Part shown: positions 19,901 to 27,213 of the stretch, piece after piece
Position numbering within the stretch: the stretch's first letter is position 1
Layout of the letters: each line of letters begins with the position of its first letter
Source: Myxococcales bacterium
GTDB taxonomy: Bacteria > Myxococcota_A > Bradymonadia > UBA7976 > UBA1532
Reading direction: 5' to 3'
Assembly: GCA_009692505.1 (NCBI GenBank)
Contig: SHZC01000004.1
Location: forward strand, 2,135-66,134
DNA length: 64,000 nt
Position numbers and translations under genes: made by a program
The notes under the pieces: generated by a model
Seen by the model: only the letters and a program-made list of their open reading frames with translations
The model's database searches: none
What the model was told of the DNA's origin: nothing

Positions 19901-21718
19901 TATGAGTGGGACTTCAAGAACGACGGTGTCTACGACGCCGAGGGTCCCACGGCGGACTACCCGACGAGCGTCAACGGTCGCTTCACCGGGGTTCTTCGCA
20001 CGACGGACAGCCTGCTCGCCGTGGGCACTCAGCCCTTCATCGTCAACGTGACCGATGTCAGCCCGATCGTGGACGCTGGTGGACCCTACCGCGTGGCGCA
20101 GGGCGTCGTGCTTCAGTTCGACGGCTCAGCAACCCGGGCCGGCAGCCCGGCCGATCTGCTCCGATTGTACCGTTGGAACTTCGGTGACGGCTCCCCCGAG
20201 GAGAGCGGCGCCAACCTGACCCGCCCCTCGCACACCTTCGTCGAGCATGGGCCGTTCAATGTTCGACTCACGGTCAGCGATGAAGACAACGACGCGACGG
20301 CCGTGGTCGTGGTCACTGTGACCGATGTCGATCCGATCATTCGGTCGGTCACGGCCCCGCCTGATGCCTTCGAGATCGGGGACATGGTCTTCCAGGTGGA
20401 CGCCGTCGGCGGCGCGCCTGCGGACGGGCTCACCCGCTTCGAGTGGGACTTCGACCTCGATGGTGTCCCCGACTACGCCGGCTTCAACCTCAGCCGGGTC
20501 ACCACGACGTTCCGCGACGAGGGCCGTCGGACGGTCACTGTCCGGGTCCGGGACAAGGACTCCTCGACGGTGCGCTCGTTGGACTTCGAGGTCCGCCGGA
20601 TCACGATGACGGAGCTCATCACGGTCGCCGAGATTCGAAAGAACCGCGTGGTCGCCGACCCAGGCACCCCGGCGCAGGCGCGGGCCCGGCTCGCGGGCAT
20701 TGACGACGCGATCCACGATGGTCTCTGGGGCGAGCGGTACGGATACACCGGCAATACCTGGGTCGCCAACGACCTCCTCACGATGCGGCTGGTGCGCGCT
20801 CAGGCGGCCGGCGCCAACTTCGGCAACCTGGTCTGGGCGTTTGGCCGTCAGTTCGTGCGTGGGGTCCAAGCTATCCGCGATAGGGCGGCCGGTGCCAACG
20901 CCAACTTCAACGCCCCGAGCGCGCTTCGTGCCGAGGAGCTTCGGGCCCTCATTGAGCAGGAGTTCATGGCGGCCGACTTCGAGGCGCGTGCTGGGAACGC
21001 GAACGACGGGTTCGTCGTGCGTGACTTGATGGCCGACGCTTACGAGGCCTTCTTCCAGTTCTCCGTCACGCTCGATCCGACGGCTGCGGGCGACGGCTAC
21101 CCGATGCCCGACATCGGCGACGTGCAGGCGAGAGTTCTGGACGCCAACCGCATCAACGACCTCCTGCGCACGCAGCTCCTACGCTTGCACACGGAGATGC
21201 TCACTTACATCGCCGCGGGCGGTGCCAATGATCCGGGTCCTGGGAGGGCCGAGCTCGCCGTCGCTGTTGAGCTGTCCCGCAACGTCCAGCGCCTGATGGC
21301 GATGCCCTTGGCCATCCTCTGCGAACCGGGCGCGTGTATCTCCGATCAGGAGGCTCTGCACAACGAGCTGTTCATGATGGAGCTCATCAGCCAGCTCTAT
21401 GAGACCGCCTCGACGGGCACCTACGTGCGGACCTGGCAGCACATCGTCATGCTGGTCATCCGCTTCCGCGTCGAGGCGTCGCTCCTGCGCGTCGAGTACC
21501 AGTGCGGCCCGTACTCGCCCCTCTCACTGCTCGCCCGCCAGAGCCAGGCCATCGGGTTGGCCTATATCGACGAAGGCCGGAACGACGAGGCCCTGAACTA
21601 CTACCGCCACGCCGACCGGAAGTGCCTCATGGTCCGCACCTACAATCAGTGCCTGGTCCGACTCGATCCCCTCAGCAACCCGATCGAGCCGGTGCCCGAG
21701 GAGTGCGTCAACGACTGA
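13994..21718 (+). CDS. Giant secreted multi-PKD protein (2574 aa) with unassigned N- and C-terminal regions
   Basis: Signal peptide MKQVVWGRTGLSALVLALVSAAIGPAAYAQ. About 13 PKD-type repeats are recognisable by [YF]-x-W-[DN]-[FLVT]-[DNG]-x-[DNG]-G motifs between ~15830 and ~20600. The antisense 1492-aa ORF is a GC artefact. Confidence 0.85.
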   Translation: MKQVVWGRTGLSALVLALVSAAIGPAAYAQIQDPLIVMVPFAQSNAAIPHPAHEGARITLKGILRNANCAGGYRVQWDIDGDANYDEETVRVVTPTSGTVYDIGRTFNVPDVARDSRLAMTVRVLNTCTMVPAFGTFRLFVYDFTPAPNPEQWTPDQVGIMAQMAVQESMWWGHRNQVGRVSIGTNIGRSQFGSYHWANTGVGLWLFTINGHQPALPPGTINLFNQPLPNGWAEQNLYRWTNDPYAETVGMMANGVINSGTGFVNISCEDEENTCGYNPDGTQRNCNRLPGTEGCRGLYTATTRNTYVQGMALGGLATLLPTFGGTRLQVGAAGIVGMTWPNFVQELSDLLGWEQIKSGCANGGWYYQETAGTACGYSDGSTSQWAYIGLESAEINGAPYGVFVNNRHKYRIAANLIANQSGEGGSTYTTGRPSNFQLTGGGILAGRWLGVHTFASNDNTVAFPVHGNNHTRGQLRTSYDRYIQYTAANWTSAGILGSIGWATRLWQNGDYLCGNRNAIYNAGRCGNTYAMYSHQKGYRTGQPELETIGGHDWFREFSIYYMRAQDRTEGDYTNFGRVIDEFCANHSVTCAYGAPFVSGSFAGLSLTPTLFKPKPVAIAVVQPTTVVEGCIGGNNGLVTASHGESFHPDVSQRIARYQWDFDAGNGLWWVTNAAPDWEIADAGATFSYRYARRGNYVATLRVVDNNRVPLTASQTVNVTVEAAANVAPAAAAGGAYIVEVGSALQLQGSANDVNIGCGDTVNTSWDLNNANTFNAAVGPTGVIPWNLLRAMPIGQPIPLNIRVVDSRNLVSTAATTVTIYPAEPVAVGVALPNPAACGQVVVLDGGRSYHPNPQRSIAQYRWDVDSNGTFDGGGANPQFSYTFRRFGQFMVTLQVVDDLNRSHNSQFQVSVDQGNQPPVARVSQADYTVLEGASLTLDARNSSDANVDCGDGIARYEWDLNGNGRFDDAVDVQGVNPTLNWNTVSQAFQWPADRVTGLPTNTATLRVVDSFGGAATVNFTVTIYLALPIARVVQSPNPAPINLVNGSSNPLLDGRESASPIPGMTIARYDWDADDNGTFEIANQAVIEFERVFNPVPRPDNLPVVFVSLRVTDRDGRTATTRYRVNYRMPPTPPTADADPTDPPEAQYHVLAGDGVTLDASASFDPDTRDFGDFITRYRWDLPNVDPGDMNPAWERQINDANGDRQEARLVLSPQDLQNLGVGGPGTYGVLLEVEDTTRIRSRDTTTLHVYARNPVAVAAANPNPAACGGRVAFDAARSDHPHPNVDIASYAWDLDGDGQFDDADTPQATRQFGQFTFGQPAVVGLQVRDSNGNVGTTSINVDVSLGNRAPTALPGGPYFIAFNDALRLDALASIDVDTACGDRIVRYEWDLNADGSVEFSGANAGATNITWAQLVNAGINRVGQFNVRLRVVDRFGVTNDAVAQIRVVNGPRAVAAAIPNMAGCQQAVTYDASGSSTDGPAGAGFDLVSYEWDLTNDGSLDRAGVRIVHNVVGQGNVTARLVVTDESGRTSTATVVVTVNINNVAPVAHPGGPYVTGRVGGVFQPVRLDGRASFDPNAPCDRIVTYRWDTDNDQLFGVADVGGASGLVGTDVVGAFVDYRNPAWQIGVAQIVRLQACDSFGLCSPPADVEINVQAEAPPVGEILSPRAGEETCVAGGQQQIRFRVADPEGEPVTVIALVGGVEVGRTQINVPANGTTVDGVVTINGDAIVDGRRELILRFDDGRGGVSSANAGGLIVFDKTPPVLNVGAQPVENVCYNLNQVPVANPVVMDNLDATPLLEVSLVSAGCLRTVVARATDACGNVTTAQRPYRVAEPAAVDIQGAAEGALVANPRMTWAVIGRADCAGNIASTLSLNGAAAAPYVMGTIINVPGNYALTLTVPNCAGVAQRIVRSFIVNGPPISVPVPADHGQRDPRAANPSGYIVAEGSALRVDGRESRPPEAADRVVRYEWDFKNDGVYDAEGPTADYPTSVNGRFTGVLRTTDSLLAVGTQPFIVNVTDVSPIVDAGGPYRVAQGVVLQFDGSATRAGSPADLLRLYRWNFGDGSPEESGANLTRPSHTFVEHGPFNVRLTVSDEDNDATAVVVVTVTDVDPIIRSVTAPPDAFEIGDMVFQVDAVGGAPADGLTRFEWDFDLDGVPDYAGFNLSRVTTTFRDEGRRTVTVRVRDKDSSTVRSLDFEVRRITMTELITVAEIRKNRVVADPGTPAQARARLAGIDDAIHDGLWGERYGYTGNTWVANDLLTMRLVRAQAAGANFGNLVWAFGRQFVRGVQAIRDRAAGANANFNAPSALRAEELRALIEQEFMAADFEARAGNANDGFVVRDLMADAYEAFFQFSVTLDPTAAGDGYPMPDIGDVQARVLDANRINDLLRTQLLRLHTEMLTYIAAGGANDPGPGRAELAVAVELSRNVQRLMAMPLAILCEPGACISDQEALHNELFMMELISQLYETASTGTYVRTWQHIVMLVIRFRVEASLLRVEYQCGPYSPLSLLARQSQAIGLAYIDEGRNDEALNYYRHADRKCLMVRTYNQCLVRLDPLSNPIEPVPEECVND

Positions 21719-21739
21719 CGCACCGGGCCGCCGAGCGGC

Positions 21740-23077
21740 TCAGCCGGTGTAGCCTTCATCGGCGAGGTTCAGAGCCTCGTCGATGATCGCGATGCCCTCG
21801 TCGAGGTCCGCATCAGTGATGCACAGCGGCGGCACCGTGAAGACCCAGTTCCATCGGACAAAGGTCGACAGACCACGCTCTTTCAGCCGAGCGGCGACCT
21901 TGGACATGGCCCCCATCTCGCTGGCCTTGGCGTTCCATGGGGCCATGGGTTCACGGGTCGTGCGGTCTTTCACGCACTCGATGACCCCGAACAGCCCGAT
22001 GCTCCGGACGTCCCCGACGCTCTTGTGCTTGTCCTTCAATCGGTTGAGGTGAGCCGCCATCCGGTCGCCTTGGACGCGAGAGTTCTCCACGAGGTTCTCG
22101 TCGCTGTAGACCTGCATGGTCGCCAGCGCGGCCGCGCACCCGACGGGGTGGCCGTTATAGGTCAGGCCGCAGGAGAGCATGTTCTTGTCGAAGAAACGTG
22201 CGACGTGGTCCCGAGCGATGACCGCGCCCAAAGGGATGTATCCGCAGGTCAGCCCCTTGGCCACGACCATGAGGTCCGGCACGACGTCGTAGTGCTCGAT
22301 GGCGAACATCTTGCCGGTGCGCCCGAAGCCCGCCATGACCTCGTCGGCGATGATCAGGATGCCCTTGGAACGGGCATATTCGGCGATCGCCTGCCAGTAG
22401 CCCTGCGGCGGGATGATGAGGCCGCTGCTTCCGGTCACCGACTCCATGAGGATGGCGGCGACGGTCTCGGGGCCCTCGAACTCGATGGTCTGGATGACGT
22501 GGTTGACGTAGGCGTCGAGGTTGCCTTCGGGCGCGTAGCCGAAGGGGCAGCGGTAGGCGTACGGATCATGCACGCGCACGATGCCGGGGATGCCGGGCTC
22601 GTGGGGCAGTCGTCGCGGGTCGCCGGACATCGACGAGGAGCCCAGGCTCGCCCCGTGGTAGCTGCGGTAGCGGGTGACGATTTTGCTGCGGCCCGTATAC
22701 ATCCGCGCCATCTTCACGGCGTTCTCAATGGACTCCGAGCCTCCGAGCGTCCACAGGACCTTGTTGAGGTCACCCGGCGCGAGGGAGGCGAGCTTCTCGG
22801 CGGCGCGCCCCTTCACCTCGGTGGCGTATTGCGGATAACAAAAAGCGAGCGACTCGGCCTGCTCCTTGATGGCCTCGATGACCTTGGGGTGCCCGTGCCC
22901 GATGTTCATGTTCATGAGCTGGCTGGAGAAGTCGAGGTAACGCTTGCCGTCGACGTCCCAGAACTCCACCCCCTTGGCTCGGGCCATGACGATGGGATCA
23001 CCCACCGCGTCCTGGGCCGTCCAGGGGAAGAAGTTGTGCTTGCGGTGGAGGTCGATGATGTCGGAGCGGGTCTGCAT
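21740..23077 (-). CDS. Class-III (omega-type) PLP-dependent aminotransferase
   Basis: 445 aa. …SQLMNMNIGHGHPKV…, IADEVMAGFGRTGKMFA (the PLP-Lys region follows), and overall family length. Confidence 0.88.
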   Translation of the reverse strand: MQTRSDIIDLHRKHNFFPWTAQDAVGDPIVMARAKGVEFWDVDGKRYLDFSSQLMNMNIGHGHPKVIEAIKEQAESLAFCYPQYATEVKGRAAEKLASLAPGDLNKVLWTLGGSESIENAVKMARMYTGRSKIVTRYRSYHGASLGSSSMSGDPRRLPHEPGIPGIVRVHDPYAYRCPFGYAPEGNLDAYVNHVIQTIEFEGPETVAAILMESVTGSSGLIIPPQGYWQAIAEYARSKGILIIADEVMAGFGRTGKMFAIEHYDVVPDLMVVAKGLTCGYIPLGAVIARDHVARFFDKNMLSCGLTYNGHPVGCAAALATMQVYSDENLVENSRVQGDRMAAHLNRLKDKHKSVGDVRSIGLFGVIECVKDRTTREPMAPWNAKASEMGAMSKVAARLKERGLSTFVRWNWVFTVPPLCITDADLDEGIAIIDEALNLADEGYTG

Positions 23078-23110
23078 GGCTTCTCCAGCGAGGTGCGATC
23101 GGGGTTGTTT

Positions 23111-24310
23111 TCAGGAGCCAGCGCCGGCGCGGGCGACCCCGACGAGGCCTATCCAGGCGCCAATGGCCGCGCCGAGGTTTGAGGTCGTGAATACGACGAG
23201 GACCCGAAGGAAGGGGTTGCGGTACCAGCCCTTCAAGGAGTCCGCGTCGTCTCGAACGCGCTCGCAGTCGGCGACCGTTGGCCGTCGCTTCCAGGCCTCG
23301 ATGGGGGCTGTGACCATGCCCGCGGCGATGGCCGGGTGCAGCGTGGTCAATGGGGCGCAGAGCCCGCCGGCGAGGATGGTGAGCGGATGGGCCAACGCGG
23401 CCGCCGTCCCGATCGCGCAGCCGATCATCGTCGGCAACGCCCAAGCCAGGATCATCACCTCGAGCGTCTCGCCCGTGAGGCCCTTCTTGTAGACACCCAA
23501 CGCCATGAGGCCGACGAGCAGCGCGGGCACGAACCATTGTGCGAAGCCTGCCCACGGGCTCGGAGGGGGGATGAGCGAGAGGCGCTCGCGATCGGCGGGC
23601 ACCCCGAAGCGGGTCAACATCCCTGGCACGTGCCCAGCCCCGACGACCGCCACGATGGTCTGACCCGGCGCGTCTTCGATGGCGCTCATGAGGTAGTGGT
23701 CGCGCTCATCGATGAGCGGCTCTTTGACCTCGGGCACCTCTCGAGCGAACGCGGCCATCAGCTCTGTGAGCGTGTCCCGATCTTTGAGCTTATCGAGGTC
23801 GTCCTCGGTGAGCTCCTCTTTGGAGAAGAAGCTGCCGAGGAGCGCGCTCGTCATCTGCAGGCGCTTCACGAAGCCGAGCCGCGCCCAGGTCCGCTTGAGC
23901 GTGGCCTGAATCTCCCGGTCGACCAGGACCAGCTCCGCGCCGTGCTCTTTCGCCTTGCTTACGGCCGCGAGCAGCTCGCCCCCCGGCTCAACGCCGAGCT
24001 TCTCGCCCAAGCGCCGCTGGTAAGCCGACAGCGCCAAGTTGGCCATAAGGAAGAGGACCTTCTTTTGGCGCAGGACCTGGAAGATGTCGAGCCGCTTCCA
24101 GCGGTCGGCGTCGAGCATGACGTCGTAGCGCGTCTTGCAGAGCTCCACGCAGACGGTATCGGGGCGGATGGCCTCGATGACGGCCTCGACCTCACGGACG
24201 CTTCGCTCGGAGATGTGGGCCGTTCCGACGAGGTAGATTTTTCGTCCGTCGCGCTCGAGCAGCGTGACATTGGGCCAGGGCAGATCCGCATTCGCGGCGG
24301 GTATCGACAT
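23111..24310 (-). CDS. TraB/PrgY/GumN-family protein with C-terminal membrane domain
   Basis: N-terminal IYLVGTAHISERSVREV motif typical of the TraB family. Four predicted C-terminal TM helices. Confidence 0.7.
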   Translation of the reverse strand: MSIPAANADLPWPNVTLLERDGRKIYLVGTAHISERSVREVEAVIEAIRPDTVCVELCKTRYDVMLDADRWKRLDIFQVLRQKKVLFLMANLALSAYQRRLGEKLGVEPGGELLAAVSKAKEHGAELVLVDREIQATLKRTWARLGFVKRLQMTSALLGSFFSKEELTEDDLDKLKDRDTLTELMAAFAREVPEVKEPLIDERDHYLMSAIEDAPGQTIVAVVGAGHVPGMLTRFGVPADRERLSLIPPPSPWAGFAQWFVPALLVGLMALGVYKKGLTGETLEVMILAWALPTMIGCAIGTAAALAHPLTILAGGLCAPLTTLHPAIAAGMVTAPIEAWKRRPTVADCERVRDDADSLKGWYRNPFLRVLVVFTTSNLGAAIGAWIGLVGVARAGAGS

Positions 24311-24354
24311 GGCCGCGAAAGCTACACGGGCCGAGGGGCCGGGGCAAACGCTGA

Positions 24355-25776
24355 CTAGATTCCGCCAATGAGGGTCTTCAGATATTGCGGATCGTGAGCG
24401 GTCCGCAACGCCACGTCGGCGGGCACAAGGCCGTCCTTCACCAGCCTCGACAGCGACAGATCGAAGGGGAGGTTGCCGTCCTTTTGGCTGGTCTGGATCT
24501 GGCTGGCGAACATGTGGGTCTTCTTCTCGCGGATCAGGTTCGAGAACGCGTAGCTGATGCGGACCATCTCGACGACGGGGACCCGTGAGCGGCCATCGCC
24601 CGTCGGCAGGAGCCGCTGCGTCACGACCATCCTCAAGACCTCGGCGACCTGAATCCGGATCTGGGCCTGCTGGTGCTGGGGGAAGACGTCAATGATGCGG
24701 TCGACCGCCTGGGCCGCGGAGCTCGAGTGTAGCGTCGACAAGACGAGGTGCCCGGTCTCGGCCGCGGTCAGGGCCGCCGTGATCGTGTCGAGATCGCGCA
24801 TCTCACCTACGAGGATCACGTCCGGGCACTCGCGCAGCGCCGCCCGCAGACCCCCCGCGAAGGACTCGACGTGCACGCCGATCTCCCGCTGGTGCACGAG
24901 GCTCTTGCCACGACGGTAGAGGTACTCGATGGGGTCCTCGAGCGTGATGATGTGTTTGGCCTGCGTCCGTGTGAGGTGGTCGATCACGAGCGAGAGCGTC
25001 GTGGACTTGCCCGCGCCCGTGGGCCCAGCCACGAGGACGAGCCCGTGGGGGTAGTCACCCATCGCCAGGATCTCAGACGGCAGGTTCAGGGCGGCCACCT
25101 CGGGGATGCGGTCCCAGATGGGCCGGAACGCCGCCGCGACGCCTCTGAGCTGACGAAAGACGTTGACCCGGAAGCGCATCGAGCGGCCCTCGTGCGGCAC
25201 CTCGAAGGCGAGGTCGACGTTGCCGACTTGGGCCAGCTCGTCGCGCCGCTCGGTCGTCCAGCTGGGGCCCAAAGCATCCGTGATGTCCGCGTCCGTGAAG
25301 ACCGCGCCCTCGATGGTCTGCATCTCGCCGCCGATGCGCATCGCGGCCGCCGCGCCGCCGGAGAAGACGACATCCGAGGCCCCGCGTTTGAGGGACGAGG
25401 TCAAGAGCGAGAGGACGGTGTATCCAGAGCCGAAGCTCAGGCCGCCGGCGATTGACGCGGTCCCGGCCTCGGCCTCTGCACGTCGGAAGGCGATGGCTGG
25501 CCCCTCCGCGAGAAGGCGGGCTCGATAGGAGAATCGACCCTGAGGCCCCGCGTCGAAGAAGCCCTCCGCGCTCTTCTTGGCCTCGAGGGCCTGACGCGTC
25601 GTGACGTCCAGGGCCTGATCGAGGAGGCGGCTGATGCGGTCAAAGCCCATCGAAGACGGCTCGAGTTGCGTGCCGATCCGGTCCTTCAGGAGCGTGGGCG
25701 GCTGCTCGGGATGGAGTTGGAGCGAGTCCGCGTTGGCGTCGACGAGCGCGCGGAGAAGGTCATGCAGGGATTTCAA
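24355..25776 (-). CDS. PilT/PilU-family secretion ATPase with an extra N-terminal domain
   Basis: Walker A GPTGAGKSTT, Asp/His boxes (ITLEDPIEY, LVGEMRD, GHLVLSTLH). A TTG at 25776 overlaps the ybaN stop (TTGA) and gives a PilT-like N-terminus (LKSLHDLLRALVDANADSLQLH). The alternative ATG 25845 would overlap ybaN by 73 nt. The 654-aa ORF-track version is rejected. Confidence 0.8.
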   Translation of the reverse strand: MKSLHDLLRALVDANADSLQLHPEQPPTLLKDRIGTQLEPSSMGFDRISRLLDQALDVTTRQALEAKKSAEGFFDAGPQGRFSYRARLLAEGPAIAFRRAEAEAGTASIAGGLSFGSGYTVLSLLTSSLKRGASDVVFSGGAAAAMRIGGEMQTIEGAVFTDADITDALGPSWTTERRDELAQVGNVDLAFEVPHEGRSMRFRVNVFRQLRGVAAAFRPIWDRIPEVAALNLPSEILAMGDYPHGLVLVAGPTGAGKSTTLSLVIDHLTRTQAKHIITLEDPIEYLYRRGKSLVHQREIGVHVESFAGGLRAALRECPDVILVGEMRDLDTITAALTAAETGHLVLSTLHSSSAAQAVDRIIDVFPQHQQAQIRIQVAEVLRMVVTQRLLPTGDGRSRVPVVEMVRISYAFSNLIREKKTHMFASQIQTSQKDGNLPFDLSLSRLVKDGLVPADVALRTAHDPQYLKTLIGGI

Positions 25777-26234
25777 GACGGGACCTCGGATGGGCGTATC
25801 GGGCGCGTCGGCAAGCGGAGGGTCAAGATGACGAGGAGCAACCATAGACTCAGCGCCGCAACGTACGGCCAGCCCTCTCGCGCAAAGAAGAAGATCGATC
25901 CACCGGTGCTCACGGAGACCAGCGCGATGAACGCGAGCTTGGTCCGGAGCGTGAGGCTGCGATGCGCGCGCCACTCCCGCACGGGGGGGCCAAGCAGCCG
26001 ATGGGAGAGCAGCCAGCGGTAGACCCCGGGTGAAGTTCGCGCCCAGCACGCCGCGGCCCCGACGAGGAAGGGCGCCGTGGGCATGACGGGCAGCGCGAGG
26101 CCGACCATCCCCAGGGCGAAGAGGACATAGCCCAAGCCGTAGACCAGCGTCCGCCGGGGCCCTTCGGGGATGAGGGCGTCGGACTCGACCTCCGGGGGGT
26201 CGCCGGCAGGGGGCGTGTGCGGTGGCAGTTTCAT
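25773..26234 (-). CDS. ybaN: YbaN/DUF454-family inner-membrane protein
   Basis: …GLALPVMPTAPFLVGAAACWARTSPGVYRWLLSHRLLGPPVREW… closely follows the E. coli YbaN pattern (LPVLPTTPF…CFARSSPRFHAWLL). Start is ATG 26234, or alternatively 26267. Confidence 0.75.
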   Translation of the reverse strand: MKLPPHTPPAGDPPEVESDALIPEGPRRTLVYGLGYVLFALGMVGLALPVMPTAPFLVGAAACWARTSPGVYRWLLSHRLLGPPVREWRAHRSLTLRTKLAFIALVSVSTGGSIFFFAREGWPYVAALSLWLLLVILTLRLPTRPIRPSEVPS

Positions 26235-26333
26235 CGTCGCGTCGAGAGAGTAGGGAGGACGTGTCATCGTAGAGCAGGCCGAGCAGCGGACAAAGTGCCG
26301 AGGCGGTCCCCTCTGGCATGCGGCTTTGGGCCG

Positions 26334-26465
26334 GTGGTCCTGAAGATCCAAGCGTCAGCGACTGTTGACCAGGTCGTAGGCACCAAGCGGCCCATGCTGA
26401 TCACGCGGCGCGGTCGCGGGGTCGCCGTGCGGATCGACGTCGAGCGGTGTCCTAGGTCGCAATGA
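26334..26465 (+). pseudogene. Truncated Phd/YefM-like antitoxin fragment (N-terminal half only)
   Basis: …ATVDQVVGTKRPMLITRRGRGVAVRIDVE… is collinear with …AEWLRRVAETGAPVIVTQNGRPAGVLLSP… of the neighbouring antitoxin. It stops after ~43 codons and lacks a toxin-binding tail. Confidence 0.35.
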
Positions 26466-26517
26466 TGTACTCGTGTCAGACTCGAATTCGGACTATATTC
26501 AGTCTTGGAGGTGTTCG

Positions 26518-26808
26518 ATGAACCAGGTTCGAATTTCAGAGAATTTCGTTCCCGTGAGTGAGTTCAAGGCGCAAGCGGCTGAGTGGCTGCGGCGCGTCGC
26601 GGAAACCGGTGCGCCGGTGATCGTGACCCAGAACGGCCGTCCCGCGGGCGTGTTGCTCTCGCCGGCGGCTTTCGATGAGTTGACGGAGCAGGCTCGTTTC
26701 GTCGAGGCCGTTCGGGATGGTCTTCACGACCTTGAAACCGGGCGTGTTCGCTCGCACGCTGAGGTCGTTGAGCGCATGGAGACTCGCTTTGGCAGAGCGA
26801 AATCATGA
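26518..26808 (+). CDS. Type II antitoxin, Phd/YefM family
   Basis: GGAGG lies 6 nt upstream of ATG 26518. …VPVSEFKAQAAEWLRRVAETGAPVIVTQNGRPAGVLLSPAAFDEL…. Followed by a ParE-like toxin. Confidence 0.75.
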   Translation: MNQVRISENFVPVSEFKAQAAEWLRRVAETGAPVIVTQNGRPAGVLLSPAAFDELTEQARFVEAVRDGLHDLETGRVRSHAEVVERMETRFGRAKS

Positions 26809-26824
26809 GCCGGCGGCGCCAAGG

Positions 26825-27136
26825 ATAGCCCCTGCCGCCATCACTTGGTCCGACCGAGCCATCGCGGACCTTGAGGCGATTGGTGACCATCTCTCACGAG
26901 ACAACCCGGTCGCCGCCGCGGGCTGGGTGATGAAACTCATCTCGGTCGCGGAGGGCTTGGCCTCCGCACCGCTCGCCGGACGCCGGGTTCCCGAGCTTGG
27001 CCGTGACGACATTCGAGAGACGTTTTTGAGGACGTACCGTGTCGTCTACCGTGTTTGCGCCCAACGGCAGGTAGAAATCGTGACGATCTTCGAAGGGCAT
27101 CGGCTCTTGCGTGCCGGAGAGGGTCAGGGTGGCTGA
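26825..27136 (+). CDS. Type II toxin, ParE/RelE family (5' boundary unresolved, possibly frameshifted)
   Basis: …ITWSDRAIADLEAIGDHLSRDNPVAAAGWVMKLISVAEGLASAPLAGRRVPELGRDDIRETFLRTYRVVYRV…VEIVTIFEGHR is ParE-like. No ATG, GTG or TTG lies in frame between the antitoxin stop and the conserved region. ATG 26805 is in another frame and stops after 7 codons. Confidence 0.6.
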   Translation: MAPAAITWSDRAIADLEAIGDHLSRDNPVAAAGWVMKLISVAEGLASAPLAGRRVPELGRDDIRETFLRTYRVVYRVCAQRQVEIVTIFEGHRLLRAGEGQGG

Positions 27137-27213
27137 GATCACGGGTGCCGCCCCCCGGATTGACACCTTCCCCCGCCTCTTGTATTGGCGCAGGCCGAAA
27201 GTGGAGGGGTCGC

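Noticed and set aside
21719-21739. Short GC stem (GCCGC-CGA-GCGGC) between the convergent giant-protein and aminotransferase genes as a bidirectional terminator
   Set aside because: The stem is only 5 bp with a 3-nt loop and no flanking T/A tracts.
25846-26319. 5' extension making the PilT-like ORF 654 aa
   Set aside because: The extension is Arg/Pro/Ala-rich. It overlaps the well-supported ybaN gene in another frame on the same strand. A PilT-like N-terminus appears only from ~25776.
26524-26534. GGTTCGAAT string resembling a tRNA T-loop next to the TA islet (a possible tRNA-associated integration site)
   Set aside because: There is no acceptor stem, anticodon arm or CCA context. The string lies inside the antitoxin coding sequence.
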